Positions 1 through 13,670 of a stretch of DNA of 64,000 bases are shown in pieces. Numbering within the stretch: the first letter of the stretch is position 1; the number at the start of each line of letters is the position of its first letter. Position numbers and translations under genes: made by a program. Under the pieces are notes generated by a model, which saw nothing but the letters and a program-made list of their open reading frames with translations, made no database searches and had not been told where the DNA came from. Source of the DNA: Chrysemys picta bellii (taxonomy: Eukaryota); the NCBI RefSeq assembly GCF_011386835.1, contig NC_088803.1, forward strand, positions 20,584,001 to 20,648,000, read 5' to 3'.

Positions 1-242
1 TTTTCATGTCTCTGTGTCATCTTCCACCTCTTGTTTATTCAGATTGGGGCAGGAACTATCTTCTACCCCGTGTCTTGCCCAACAGCTAGAATTTTGGAAC
101 CCCAAGCTCAGGGGATGCTTCTAGGTACTACTCAACGCTAATAATAGTAAATGCTGAGAAAAATGTGGGGATTTTAGTAATAATTTCATCATTCCCATGC
201 ACACTTCTGTTTCCCTCTATGCTCTGTACTACTTTACACTTA

Positions 243-483
243 GGTCTGGCCTATACTACAGGCCTATATCGATATAACTATGTCTCTTGGAGGGGGTAAA
301 AAATCCAGTTACATCAACCTAACGCCCCGTGTAGACAGCACTATGTCGATAGGAGAGCTTCTCACAACAACATAGCTACCACCTCCCACCATAGAGCATC
401 TTCCCATCGCCACAGAGCATCTTCATTAAAGTGCTACAGTGGCGCAGCTGCATCAGTGCATCATTTGAAGTGTAGATATGTCG
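243..483. mobile_element. Harbinger-type MITE (paralogous copy at 11778-12031)
   Basis: Decayed GGxxxGTCTACACT...AGTGTAGACxxxCC termini with TTA/TAA flanks. Confidence 0.7.
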
Positions 484-1938
484 TAAGTCTAAAGGGAAGG
501 GATGAGATGTTGGACTCACAGAGATGTCTGGTTGGAGACCCAGAGTCACTGACAAATTGAATAAACCTACATATATAAATGGCAGTTCTGAAAGAGGCAA
601 TGGAAACACCTAGCACAGCAAAGGCCCTGAGCTGGGGAACAAAGAGGAAAGGTGTCCAGCGATGGCTGTGATAAGAAGTGGGCTCATGGAGACTCAGGAG
701 CTGTCACCTAGGACTGACAGACAAAGAAATGGGGTAGAGCCAAGATGGATTCTCCATCAGATTGGCTTGGAGGGAGCCCCGGCGTTGGCCTGTCTGAACT
801 CTGAACCACCAAGGGATTGTTTAAAAGCAGATCTATGACAGAATCACTGGGACAGGCCCAACTGAATGGTTATTTGGCCTATTAACACCCTAGGATTCCC
901 ACCAAATAAACCAGGGTAGAAGCAGCAAGATGGCCATTAGATGCTGTGGCTGATCTCCCATACAACTGTTATAAGACCTCTTCTTCTGCAAGTGCACCGG
1001 CTACTGACTTCAGTGAGAGGAAATGGTTTTCAGAACCACTGAGGGTGAGAACAGTAGTTCACACTTGTACTATGCCTTCTGTGTCTGAAATACCCACGTA
1101 TGTAGCTGTGAAAATAACCAACTTTTCTACTCACTGGCTAAATTGAAAATATGAAAGTAAATGTTTTAGACGATGATGATTCAGTGAACCAAACAAGTTG
1201 AAAAAAAATATTTTGGGTTGAACAAAAAGTTTTGGCAGATTCCCCAAACACAATATTTTGCCTTTCTTATTTTGGAGTTTCTAACCATTCTTGAGAAAAT
1301 AAAATTGCTGTAAAATTTAAAATGAAAAAGCATTTTTTGACTCAAACAATTAAAATGTTTTCTTTAACAAATTTTGAAAGGAAAAGTTTTGATTTCAAAA
1401 CAAATCTGTTGTTTTTTTTCTCTCCAACTGACAAACATTTGGAAAACTCAATTCAAATTTGCCAAAGCTTTTGGACAAACTAAATCTGAATTTTTCATCC
1501 AGAAAATGTTTTGTTGCTGACTGCAATTCTGTGTGATTCGGAAAATGGTAATTTACCTCCTTTGGCCAATAGCATGGAGATTAGTAATTGGGGTCAGCCA
1601 GTAAAGTGTGATATAACCACAAACACACACACACACACATATTAAGCAAAGGGACTATTTTTGAGTTCCAGTGTGTGGATCAGCATTGATAGACCAGTGG
1701 TGAAATTCCGACACATAGCTAAAACACTCCCCAAGGTTCAGGGATGTTTGAATCCTTCTTTCCAGACCAGATGCATTTCTAAGTTACATGAAGATATAAC
1801 AATGTGAAAAAATGTAACATAGATACACAGAGGGGTGCTTGATTTATTTTTAAATCACTCTTATAATGGCATACACCAGTGTTGGGAGTGGCATACAAAT
1901 TTAGAGAATGAGATGAGTACAAATGGGAACTGCAAGTT

Positions 1939-1998
<60 letters not shown>
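1939..1998. repeat. (AGAT)n microsatellite 3' of OR paralog 1; paralog at 22678-22752
   Basis: Directly visible. Confidence 0.98.
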
Positions 1999-2070
1999 AA
2001 TTTTGACCGTTACTGTACTGGTCTTACCATAACCCAAAGGATTATCTAGATCAATGTGCATAGAGAAGGT

Positions 2071-3015
2071 TCATTTTAAAAACACTGAGCTGATGGTCCT
2101 TCCCAAAGCTTCTTTCACATCCTTGTTCCTCAGGCTATAGATGAGGGGATTCAACATAGGGATGACCAGGGTATAAAACACAGACACCACTTTGCTCTGA
2201 GCTGGAGCAGATAGTGAACTGGGCTGGGCATACATGAAGGTAAGAGTCCCATAAAATAAACTCACGGACATCATGTGGGAGGTGCAGGTGGAGAAGGCTC
2301 TGCGTCTGCCCTCAGCAGAGCGAATCCTGAGAATGGCAGAGATGATGTAGGCATAAGAGACGAGAATGACCATGGAGGTGCTCACGATGATGAAGCTGGA
2401 TAAAGTGAACAGCACCAGTTCATTGATGTCTGTGTTGGTGCATGAAAGGCTTAGCAGGGGTGTAATGTCACAGAAGAAGTGATCTATCTCATTGGACCCA
2501 CAGAAACACAGTGTAAAAGTGAAGACTGTTTGCACCATTGAGTTTACACCGCCGCAAACATAGGAACCCACCAGCAGCTGAACACAGACCTGCTTGGGCA
2601 TGGCGATGGGATACAGGAGCGGGTTGCAGATAGCGGTGTATCGATCATATGCCATGGCTGCCAGGATGAATGTCTCAGTGGTGACAAAGACACAGAAGAA
2701 GAAGAATTGGGTGGCACATCCAGGGAAGGAAATAGTTTTGCTGCCTGTTAGGAAGCTTGCCATGGCTTTCGGGGCGATGGTGGAGGAGTAGCAGAGGTCT
2801 AAGAGTGACAGGTTCATGAGGAAGAAATACATGGGGGTGTGTAGGCGAGAGCTGGCTCTAATGAGAAAGACCATGATGGTGTTCCCCAGCACAGTTGTCA
2901 AGTAAATTGCTAGAAACACCACAAAGGGGCCCACCTTGAGCCCTGGATCACTTCCAAACCCCAGCAGGATGAATTCTATCGGTGCTGTGTGGTTTCTCTC
3001 TTTTATTGTCTCCAT
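2071..3015 (-). CDS. Olfactory receptor, class II, OR5/8/9 group (paralog 1 of a tandem triplet), 314 aa
   Basis: Intact single-exon ORF with OR motifs GN (TM1), [52 protein letters not shown] and an N-glycosylation site NHT. Confidence 0.96.
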   Translation of the reverse strand: METIKERNHTAPIEFILLGFGSDPGLKVGPFVVFLAIYLTTVLGNTIMVFLIRASSRLHTPMYFFLMNLSLLDLCYSSTIAPKAMASFLTGSKTISFPGCATQFFFFCVFVTTETFILAAMAYDRYTAICNPLLYPIAMPKQVCVQLLVGSYVCGGVNSMVQTVFTFTLCFCGSNEIDHFFCDITPLLSLSCTNTDINELVLFTLSSFIIVSTSMVILVSYAYIISAILRIRSAEGRRRAFSTCTSHMMSVSLFYGTLTFMYAQPSSLSAPAQSKVVSVFYTLVIPMLNPLIYSLRNKDVKEALGRTISSVFLK

Positions 3016-3018
3016 TTC

Positions 3019-3040
3019 CTTGGGAAAAGGAATGAAATAA
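3019..3040 (-). promoter_or_regulatory. Probable 3' splice acceptor just upstream of OR paralog 1 ATG (5'UTR intron)
   Basis: Minus strand reads tttcattccttttcccaAG|gaaATG. The acceptor is conserved at paralog 2 (ttccccAG|gtaaata, ~16105) and paralog 3 (cttttctcaAG|gaaATG, ~23771). A similar tttatttattacAG lies ~15 nt upstream of the OR6A2-like ATG. Confidence 0.55.
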
Positions 3041-3529
3041 GCATTAAAAAAGAACCAAAGGGCTAAGGAGAATGCAGCAGGTTACAGGCCCCATTTGTAG
3101 TTCACTCTCATTGAAAATAAAGGCATGTCTCCCGTTGGCTTAGATAAAAGTGGACTTGACCCTTAGAAATGTCATAGAGCACCAATTTATTAACTTTCCC
3201 CTATGATAATTATTTACTAGAGAGGAATTTGCTCATAGAGGGCAAGATTCTGCTACTCTTACTCATGCCCTTACTCACTGAGATCCATGGGACTCCCCTT
3301 GGAGTGAAGGAATACTCGACATGAGCTGGTGTGGTGAAATGTGGCCCTCAGTGCACACAGTCCTTTACTTTAAGGCTAGAAGGCAGCAAGATGAGGATTT
3401 AGTGTGCATCAAGCCCAAGAGTTTGTGACTTAACTAGAGCATGACTCTCTCTCTCAAAATTAGGGAATGATAGGATTAAAGACGCCCGTGCAATTTTCAT
3501 TCACCTCCCTGTACTTGCACATTATGATT

Positions 3530-3925
3530 AGACGTGGAAAGACTGGATTTTTAGAGGTACTCGACAACAAACACACACATTGATGAAAAAACATTTCCAT
3601 CAATAATCATTGAAATTTACAAACAAGCAAAGTCAGAAAAACTCTGCTTGAGAACTTACTAGAGTTTGATTTAAGGATATTTATTTTGTACATGATGACA
3701 TGTGACACTCACAATTTGTGTTTTAGCGGTTATAAAGCTTTGAATTTTTATATCTCAATATGTACTGTCATTAAATAATTAGCTTCTAACATCCTTTCAT
3801 TGAGCTCCCGGTAGTTTCCCATAACTGTGAAAATTTCAATTGATAACAATTGAAAAAAGGCTTAAAAATAAACATTGATATTCTCTGTTGAAATTATATT
3901 AAAACATTGAATTATGCCAATCTTA
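3530..3925. mobile_element. AT-rich dispersed repeat (probable hAT-type MITE); copies at 16680-17300, 24300-24660 and inverted at 51010-51475
   Basis: Four homologous copies in the window, three from the duplication and one independent reverse copy. Confidence 0.6.
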
Positions 3926-3962
3926 ATTATGATAGAGTCCTTAATTACCTGATCACATATTA

Positions 3963-4174
3963 CAGGTCTGTTGCATCTTACGCGCATTTAACATGCACGA
4001 TTTCAGCTTTACACGGTTGGCAAAAAGAAAAAAAGAGAGAAAAATAACAATTTTAATACTGTACCTGTAGTGCGGGCGATTCTGCCCGCCATTCAACTCA
4101 ATGTAATTTTAACTATATGTGGTTTTCACATTACGCGCTAACTTGGAACCTCTGTGTAAGATGAGACTCGCCTG
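3963..4174. mobile_element. Tc1/mariner(Tigger)-type MITE private to unit A
   Basis: CAGG..CATCTTAC imperfect TIRs, TA/TG flanks, empty sites at ~17328 and ~24678. Confidence 0.7.
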
Positions 4175-6699
4175 TGTTATTTCCACAGTACCCCTGCTTC
4201 ATCCAGTGCACAGGATGGATGGGGCTCACTTACTGAACAGCTATTGAATATTTTGTTTTGTCTTCATTGTTCTATGGGTGACCCCAAGACTTACTTTCTG
4301 CACACTATGCAAACCCTGCTCTGGAGAGAGAATTATTAATTCCCCCAGAGGCTTTCCCATAGTGACCATCACTATAGTATCTGAGCGCTTCACAAACATC
4401 AGTGAATTTGTTTTCACAGCACTGGAGATGAGAGATTTTTAATCTGCTCCAACCTTTCTCTTTCCCAGTCCTGGCTCTTCCTCAAACCTGGCTCCTTCTC
4501 TCATTCTATTTTCCACACCTTCCACTTCCAGAGTCACTCACCACTTTGTCTAAGTTCCCCTTTCCCACTGGCTCCCAGTCCCAGTCACCCTTTCTAGGCT
4601 TCTCATCCAATCTCACTATCTTCCCCCCGTCCCCAACTTAGTTCCTTTTCCTAGTCTCTTTGTCCAGCCAGTGCCGGTTCTGACCCTTCACCCTGGATCC
4701 TCATTGGATTTGTCTACCATACCTCCTCGCCTCCTCCACCCTGTTCTACTCGTTCTCAGCCCCTGCTCAGCCAGTTCCAATATCCCCCCGCCCCAGCTCA
4801 TCATTTGATCTCAGTCTCCCCATCACCTACTGGCTATCAACACTCCCCCTGCTCAATGTCCCTCCCTGGCCTCCAGGCATAGTTTTTTAGCCCATGTAGT
4901 CTCCATCCCAACTCTCAGCACTAGTTTTATTGCCCAGTCAGTCCTAGTTTACCTCCCAGCTTCCAGTTTCATTGTCCAATCTCCCCTCCATGCCAGCTTC
5001 CAGATTTTCTCCCGTCACCTTAGTTACAAAAAAAAAAAAAAAAAAAAAATCCCCCTAGACTTAATCTGGAGACCTTTCTTTCTTATTTTTATGCAGAGTG
5101 TAGCACAATGTAACCGTGAGTCTTGATTCCAGTGCTACTGTAACAATAGTAATAATGACAGCCAGTCAAAATTTTCAGTGGAATAGTGGAGTTTCAATTA
5201 AATGAAAATGTTCACATAAAATGTCTGCTTTCCTCAAAACAATTCAGTTTTTGATTGGAAAATTCTCCCTCCCCCAGTTTGTAATTAAGTTTTCAACTAA
5301 AAACTTTCGGTAGGGGAAAAAAGTTCAGAGCAGCTCTTATAATAACAAACACAAACAAAAATTAGGTTTAGTGACACTTCAGGTTGCATCAGGGCACTCC
5401 CCACCAACCAGAACCTAAAAGCATTGAAACCAGAATTGAAAGAAAACTCTTCAGAATTCTTTGCCACCATCATATTATAGGCAACACTATTTATAATTCA
5501 CCATGACATTCCATAAGCCTTTCAGATTGATCTCCAATTGAAGCCTGAAATCAATACATACCCCAGCTTCATTCAACTTGCAGAAACTTAACAGTGACCT
5601 CATGCTCTCTTCTCTCAATGGATCGGCACATCTGCCTATCACACAGCACAAGTAATTTCAACGTCGGTCTGCTTTAATGTTCCTAAGAGCCGGAATTTGA
5701 AAATGTTGCCCCAGGCTCAAGGCCAAGACTATTGCGGCTCTTAGTTTCTATCAACAGCCAGAAAAGTCATTTTACCACCAGCAATATTTCCTCCTCACGC
5801 ATCTCTCAACAATGAGCACTGACCTCATTGATGAGTCTTTCTGCTTCGTTCCAGGACCCGCTGGGACATGGTCCCCGAGTGCTTCATAAAGTTCAAAACT
5901 TCACACAAGATTTTTTTTTAATGTTGCTTTGTTTTGGGATTACAGTGATTTCCAACACTGAAATATTGGGCTCACATGAACTAAGTGTGTTTTTAGTCTT
6001 CTTTCCATAAAGACGCTGGTTACCCCCCTCAAATTAACATTCGCAGTGAAGCCAACTGTGTGACCAGTTCCACAACCTTTACTCTCATTGAGTAGCACAT
6101 ACTGATGCAAGTAGTTCTGCTGAATAAGGGGTGTGGAATTAGACCCAATCTGAATAACAATTCCTTTTTTCTCTGTTCTTCTTCTTCTTTTTTCTTTCTT
6201 TTTATTTTATTTCAGAATTTCCCCTGGAATGGGAATTTGAGTTCTAAAACAGCTCTACCACGGACAAAACTAATTCAACAGAGTGCATTCATATTCTGTC
6301 AATTGTATCACTGTCTTGTGTCCACACAGCACCAGGTTGTATTGGGAAAAGATGTGTTGTACTCTGGGTAGGAATTCCAGTGTCCCCTATTGGAACCTTC
6401 TAGCATGTTACCTTGTGGGAGATTTTCACAGTGCATTGTGGAATACCCTTATGTCTCTCAGAGACTTTAGGGAATCCAGGGGGAAATTTTGACAATTCCC
6501 TCCATACCATCCAATAGCCTACTATTCTCATTCCCTGTGTATGAATTGTCCACTGCAAAGATGCATGCAGTGCTGAGAAACACAGCACTCTTCCCCATTT
6601 TATGTATAGACCAAACAATTCTGGTTTATTTCCAAGGCCCCAGTGTTCAGACAGAGTCACCTGAGGATGAGCGAACTGATAGTCCTGCAGATAAACCCG

Positions 6700-7610
6700 T
6701 ACAACTTCCCAAGACCAGGTGCACCCACCAGTGAGGTGGTTTAAGGCCCATTCAATGAGCATCAAGTGGATGGACTGGGTTTTGATGCAAACCTGGGATG
6801 ACCAACAGTGGCTCCAGGACTTTCAGATATAGAAAGCCAAATACCTGGAACTGAGGGCCAAGCTCACCCAAACTCTGCAGTGCACAGACAGCGAGATGAG
6901 CGCTGTCTCAACAGTGAAGAAAGGAATGTACATTGCCACATGGAATTGTGCAACCCCATATTGCTATCGGTCAGTGGGGAATCAATTCGATGCCGGAAAA
7001 TCAGTTTTGGTGTGGGTCATCATGTAGGCATGCCAGGTGCGAAATAATGTCTTGCTGTTCTGGGTAGAAACCCTGGGCAATATGCAGGAAATAATAGATG
7101 AATTCAATGACTTCCCTAACAATGCTGAGTCCTTATTGTGTGCCCCTTTCCCCAAATAGACGTTGAGTACATAAACCACAAGGGTTACTGCTCCATAGTA
7201 TAGAGGCCTTGGTGAACCCTAGTGGGTGATTTACTGATATGGATATTGGCTGGTTGGGAAAAGTCCACACCCCTCAAAGTTTTAGGAATACAAGGCTTTT
7301 TGGAAGGCTGAAAGCTAGGGTGTTCTCCCCAGACTGTCCAACTGACTTTAACAAGGTTTCTGTGTCAGTTCTGCCTCTCTCTTGGTGGCTCGGCCCACCC
7401 TTTCCTTCTCTGGAAGCTGTATATCAACAACTTAGAGAGAAGCAAGGAGAGGTTCAGTGACCACCTGGGCAGGTTCAGGATGACTAGGGAGTGGACTTTG
7501 AAAGGCAGGTGAAAATGTCTCATGAAAGGATCAATCTCTGAGGAAGAAAACATTCCAGCAGCCGCTGATGCATGCTGTGCAGTGCATAATATCGTGCAAC
7601 CAATGGTGAG
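6700..7610 (+). mobile_element. Degenerate PIF/Harbinger (HARBI1-like) transposase relic, unit A
   Basis: Broken frames give WDDQQWLQDF, YCYRSVGNQF..GKS, EYINHKGY, FTDMDIGW.GKVH and ACCAVHNI; multiple stops and frameshifts. Confidence 0.85.
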
Positions 7611-7679
7611 ACCCAACTACTAGGATGGATGAGTGTGGTGGACAGACTAGAGCTGTAAAAATGTTTCTTCTCCTAGGCC

Positions 7680-8212
7680 TACATTTGCAGTAGTAATCCC
7701 ATTCTGTTCAATGGCAAGAGAAGAGAGGGTAGAAGTTGATAAAGTACAGTTTGGAGCAGAAGAGAAATGAAAAAAGTCCCATTCAATTACATCAAATGAA
7801 GGCAGACAACTCAATATTGACCCATTTTATAAGTGCTTATACACAAGTACTCGAAGTTGAAATACTAAGATGGGTGAGCTTGAGGGGTTGATATTAAAGG
7901 AGGATATTGACATAATAAGCATCACAGAAACTTGGTGGAATTATGATAATCAATGTCACATGGTAATACCAGGCACCGAATATATAGGAATGATAGAATA
8001 GGTCATGCTGTTGGGGGATAGGAACTATTGTGAAAGAAGGCATAGACTGAAATATAACTGGGAGTGGACAACAAAGAGGGTGGATCACTCGATAATTGCT
8101 CTTGTCTATTCATTTCCTCTGAGGAATCTGGCACTGCTCATTGTCTGAAGAGAGGACCCTGGACTACACGGGCCATTGATCTGACCCTGTATGGCCATTG
8201 CTATATTCTTAT
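7680..8212 (+). mobile_element. Old CR1, internally deleted (ORF1 end + EN start fused to 3'UTR); paralogs 20860-21136 and 28640-28964 + 32772-32862
   Basis: Degenerate KCLYT...IDII.ITETWW..DNQ peptide followed directly by a CR1 3'UTR-like ggatcactcgat...gaccc.gtatggcc. Confidence 0.75.
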
Positions 8213-9169
8213 AGAAATGCAAGTCACAGTTTGAAAGAAATTTGCCAAACAAGACAATCCTACCCATAATCTTCACTGGACTTTTAAAGCTCGACAGAAA
8301 AGGTGTTCTCCCCACCCCCTAGAAAATGGTGAATGTTCATTGAAAAACTGAAAGCCAAATTTTTCAGTTTAAGACTACTGAAAAGTGAAATGTATTTTTC
8401 AAAAAAATCTTCTAATTTCCATGAAAAATAATTATCTTTTTTGATTGCCCCCAATTTTCAATGAATATGAGATCACGCTCAAGGTAAAGTGGAAGACAAG
8501 TGGTCAAACCCAACACCTACTTCTCAGAGTTAAATTAATCCATTCTGGGAATAGAGAAACCATACTATGTGCATTAGTAGACCAATTAATCTAAATTCAT
8601 AAACACCCTCAGAGAACGTCTCAGAGTCAGGCTGCAGACTGAGTGTCTGATTCTCCTCTGATGGGTGTAAACCACTCTCTAACCATCCTGATTTTGCTAC
8701 AAATGTCTGAATCTAACCCTGTTGATTGCAAAGCCCGGTGACTCTGGGGGGACTGATTAGTTCTGATTTGTCCTGAGGCTCCTGGGTGGAGACATGGGAG
8801 GGAGAGGAAAGCAAAGACAGTGGACTTTACAAAGCTTTGTTAGGAATAAGTCACCATGCTATGCTACTACACCTTTGTCTGCAGAAGCCATGGGATTGGA
8901 TGAAAGAGCAATTCTCCTTCCCCGGCAGCCAGCCACCAATGGGACTGACAGAACCCAGAGACATCAGCAATAGCAAACAAATGCCACAGCCCAGCAGTTC
9001 GTCACTCAGGAGATGAGCCAGCTAGTGAAAGAGGCAGAAGAGCTGAAACCAACACGATCCATAGCAAACAACATTCGGAAACACTATAAGAGTCAAGAAG
9101 TTAGAAAGACCTTCTTACATGTCAATCCTTTCTTTCATTTAGTTCTTAATTCTTTGCCAGTGGGATTAA

Positions 9170-9880
9170 ATATTCGAGCAATTTACCACTGGGTGTGGTG
9201 GATTCACTGGCAATTTTTTAAAATCAAGATCAGACATTTTTCTTAAAGATCTGCTCTAGGAATTATTTTGGGGCAGTCATTTGACTTGTGTTCTACAGGA
9301 GATCAGGCTAGATGGTCACAGTAGTCTCTTCTGCTCTTGGAATGTGGGAATCTATTAAATTAAATAGCCCTCCACTGTAACAAAACCACAGAGATTCATA
9401 GATTTCAAGGACAGCACAGACCATTTGATCTTCTAACCTGACCTCCTGTACAATGCCAACCAGAGAATTTCACCCCATTAGCCATGTTCTGTTCCCAATA
9501 ACTTGTGTTTTAAAAAAGCATCTTCCAGAAAGGCACTCTGTCTTTATTTAGACAGACTCCACTATTCCTCTTGGCACTTCATTCCAACAGTCAAGCACTC
9601 TCACTGTCAAAAGCGTGTGCCTGATTTTTAATTTGAATTTGTCTGGTTTCTCTTCAAGATACTGGCTCTTGTTATGCCTTTCTCTGCAAAAATAAAGATG
9701 ACTTTAATATCCAGAATATTGAGAATATTCTCTCTGTGCTTATACTCTGTGATCAAGTCTCACACCCAATCTTCATTTTGATAGATAAACAGATTGTGCT
9801 CTTTATGTCTGGCACACTCAGGCATTTTTTCCAGCTCTCACATGATTTTTGTGGCTCTTCTCTGCCATGTCTCCAGCTTT
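9170..9880. mobile_element. Two old CR1 3' ends tail-to-tail (+ 9170-9355; - 9385-9880); paralogs 34540-34725 and 34763-35275
   Basis: caggaggtcagactagatg..ggtccc-type 3'UTR on plus and catagatttcaaggccag-type on minus. Confidence 0.7.
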
Positions 9881-10808
9881 TTTACATGAATTGTGGGGAA
9901 CTGTGAGGTCACAAACTCTAAGTGTGATGTTGTCACCAAAAAGGCTAACGACCTCTGCTACCAGGCATTTACAGACCATCTCTTAAACTTCTTTCTAAAT
10001 ACACTGGTCTCCTGTATTATTTTACAGTGAAACTTGAAATCAATCTTTTATCTCTTCTCTGCATCATTTTCATTTTTTAAATATATCCTTTTTGAAGAAT
10101 GCACCAGATGCATATATTAGTGGTCTCTGCAGTACCGTCTACTTTTTTCATTAGAGTTTTCAAATTGTTGGCAACCATGGTACTTAGGCATTGCACAGGA
10201 ATTATCAAAACAGTGAAATTGGCCAGAAGGTCAGTCAATAGTCCATCCAAGTGTGGACATTAGTCATGTGTCTCAACAGCTGTACACACCCCAAGCAGAT
10301 TTTCTGCTCTTCTGGTCATCGGTGGTGTGGTGAGTCCTCAAGTGAGAACTGAGGTTGGCGAGGGGGGACTTTTTCAGAATGATTTCAGAAGGAATGTTCC
10401 AAATTCTTGCTCTTGCACTTGAAAATTTCTTCCCCTAGCTCTCTGGGTGTATGTCCAGGCTATATTACTAACTATTTCAGTGTTGCTCAGGTCATTTAAA
10501 TTGAGAGGGATCCTGCAAACACACCCATAGGAAACAGGATTACTGATGCTTCCATTCTTCTTACTCTTGGTTCGTCTGTCCTAGAGAAGACCTGGAAGTA
10601 GCCTTCAAACCCTTGCAAATATCAAGGAATGTGTCCGTGCACAAAACATTCTTCCACTAATCCCTGGGAAAGTTTACCCTTCAAAAGACTTGCTGCTGTG
10701 GGTTTCTGAGCAGGGGTGTTCTTTCAGCACATAAGCTGGCTTCAGACATAACTGGGTAGAATTCTCAAGCCTGGGTTATGCAGGAGGTCAGACTAGATGA
10801 TCTAATGG

Positions 10809-11077
10809 TAGAACTGGTTGGAAACTTTCCATTTAAACTCTTTTTTTTTTTTTTTGGTGGAAAACTGGGTTTTCAACAACATGAAACATTTTGCAGATGT
10901 TTTCCTCAAAAAATTTTTTTGTTTGTCAGAAAACTGAAAACAGATTTTGAAGTCTTTGATATTTTTATTAAAAGCCAAAAAAAAAAAATCAATAACATTT
11001 ACAAATATGAAAAAAACCCTTTTCATTGATATGTTCCATGAAAAATGTATGTAACCCCCATTCCTAATGAGCGCTAC
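10809..11077. mobile_element. AT-rich hAT-type MITE splitting a CR1 3' end
   Basis: 8-bp TSD CTAATGGT (10802-10809 / 11078-11085); the CR1 3'UTR (gactagatgatctaatggt|ccctcctggcctt) is continuous across it. Confidence 0.75.
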
Positions 11078-13254
11078 CTAATGGTCCCTCCTGGCCTTAT
11101 AATCTAAGAATTGCTATGTTGGGGAAACGGCAATTGTGATAAGATTGTTCAGGCATTGTGCTGAATTTTATGAATTGCTCTGTGATGATGGCTGGCTATG
11201 GTGATGCTGTCTGGAGTGACGAGCAGACTCTCACTCATGTACTTTTTGGTCATTCAGTGACCAGGGCTTCCGTATCCATGGTGATAGATGGGGCCCATAT
11301 CCTCAATCTGTGCCACCCATACACTCCCCTAGACTCTGGGTACATACCACAGAAGGACTGCTTTGCCCTTGTCTGGCAGGCTGGTGGTTTACTGATACTA
11401 ATCTTGGCTGTCAGGAAATGTCCACGATGCTCAGATTTTTAGAAGTACAGAACTTTTTGACAGGCTATTATGACAGATCTCTCCCTGTCTCTGCCATTAG
11501 CTTGGCTTGTGTCCTCGGGCATGTTGCTTCTCCTTTCCATGTCTCTGTGTCATCTTCCACCTCTTGTTTATTCAGATTGGGGCAGAGATGGTCTTCTACC
11601 CTGTGCCTTGCCCAACAACTAGAATATTGGAACCCCAAACTCAGGAGAGGCTTGCAGGTACTACTATTAACACAAATAATAGTAGATGCTGGGACAAATG
11701 TGGAGATTTTGGTAACATTTTTATAATTCCTATGCACAGTTGTTTTTCCCTCTGTGCTCTGTAGCACTATGAACTTAGGTCTGATCTACACTACAGACCT
11801 ATATGAATATAACTATGTCTCTCGGGTGGGGGGTGAAAAATCCAGTTACACTGACCTAACCCTCTGTGTAGACAGCACTATAGCGATAGGAGAGCTTCTC
11901 CAGCCAACATAGCTACTGCCTCTTGGGGAGGTGGATTAACTACGCTCCCTCCTGTTGCCATAGAGCATCTTCATTAAAGTGCTACAGTGGCGCAGCTGCA
12001 TCAGTGCATCATTTGAAGTGTAGACATGTCATAAGTCTAAAGGGAAGGGACAAGATGTTGGATTTACAGAGATGTCTGGTTGGAGACCCAGAGTTACTGA
12101 CAAATTGAATAAACCTACATATGTAAATGGCGGTTCTGAAAGAGGCAATGGAAACACCTAGCACAGCAAAGGCCCTGAGCTGGGGAACAAAGGAGAAAGG
12201 TGTCCAGCGATGGCTGTGATAAGAAGTGGGCTCACGGAAACTCAGGAGCTGTCACCTAGGACTGACAGACAAAGAGACAGGGGCAGAGCCAAGATGGATT
12301 CTCCTGCAGCTTGGCTTGGGGGGAGCCCCGGCGTTGGCCAGTCTGAACTCTGAACCACCAAGGGACTGTTTAAAAGCAGATCTATGACAGAATCACTGGG
12401 ACAGGCCCAACTGAATGGTTATTTGGCCTATTAATCCCCTAGGATTCCCACCAAATAAACCACGGTTAAAGCAGCAAGATGACCATTAGATGCTGTGGCT
12501 GATCTCCTGTTCAGCTGTTATCAGACCTCTTCTTCGGCAGGTGCACCGGCTACTGACTTCAGTGAGAGCTAATGGTGTTCAGAGCCACTGAGGATGAGAA
12601 CGGTAGTTCACACTTGTACTATGCCTCCTGTGTCTGAAATAGTCACGTATGTAGCTGTGAAAATAACCAACTTTTCTACTCACTGGCTGAACTGAAAACC
12701 TGAAAAAAAAAAAGAATGTGTTTTGGGTTGAGCCAAAATTATTTTTTTAGATTGAAAATTTGAAAGAAAGTGTTTTAGATGATGATGATGATTGATGATG
12801 CAGTGAACCAAACAAGTTGAAAAAAAATCTTTTCAGTTGAACAAAAGTTTAGCCAGATTCCCCAAACATAATATTTTGTTTTTCTCATTTTGGAGTTTTT
12901 AACCATTCTTCAGAAAATAAAATTGCGGTAAAATTCTAAATGAAAAAGCATTTTTTGAATGAAACAATTAAAGCGTTTCCTTTAAAAAATGTTGAAAGGA
13001 AAAGTTTTGATTTAAAAGCAAATCCGTTTTTTTCTCTCCACCTGACAAAATTTTGGAAAAGTCAACTCAAATTTGCCAAATATTTTGGTCAACATAAATC
13101 TGAATTTTTCATCCCCAAAGATTTTTGTCAGAATTTTTTTCTGCATCTTATCCAGGAGCTGGTTCCCTCACCTCCTCTATCCTCTGTGCATCCTTATCTA
13201 TAGTTATGGTTTACATTAACCAATTACCCAGCCCACAGTGAGAGGATGCAACCC

Positions 13255-13438
13255 CTTGCTTTGAGTGTCCCTAGCTTCTGTTTGCCAGAAGCTGGAAATG
13301 GGAAACAGGGGATGGATCACTCGATGTTCCCTGTTCTGTTCACTTCCTCTGAAGCACCTGGGATTGGCCAAGGTCGGAAGACAGGATTCTAGGTTAGATG
13401 GACCATTGGTCTGACCCAGTATGGCTGTTCTTATGTTC
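13255..13438 (+). mobile_element. CR1 3' end fragment
   Basis: ggatggatcactcgat...ggtctgacccagtatggctgttcttatgttc tail. Confidence 0.75.
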
Positions 13439-13670
13439 CTAAGGTGAGATTTTACACATACTTTAATCTGTGAGAGGTTAGCCCCCCAAGATTGACTACA
13501 CTAGAGAGGTTATGAATAAGTGGGGTACTCCATGGTGCAGAGCAGAGACTACACAGCACTTTTTCTATAATCATTACTTTTATTGGCCATCCGAACAATA
13601 CACAAAACACAAGCTGATAAAGGAGAGAGAGAGACCAATATTAACGTAAGAAGTCCTGGGATATTAGCAC

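Larger units (their letters stand above)
1..11533. repeat. Tandem segmental duplication unit A (contains OR paralog 1)
   Basis: Position 1 aligns to ~11534 (catgtctctgtgtcatcttccacctcttgtttattcagattggggcag). The landmark order GATA tract, OR, hAT-like repeat, Harbinger relic, old CR1 recurs in units B and C. Confidence 0.85.

Noticed and set aside
10140-11460. Unique-looking stretch with short ORFs (11158, 11310)
   Set aside because: No motif or family I could recognise; cannot support a gene call without a search.
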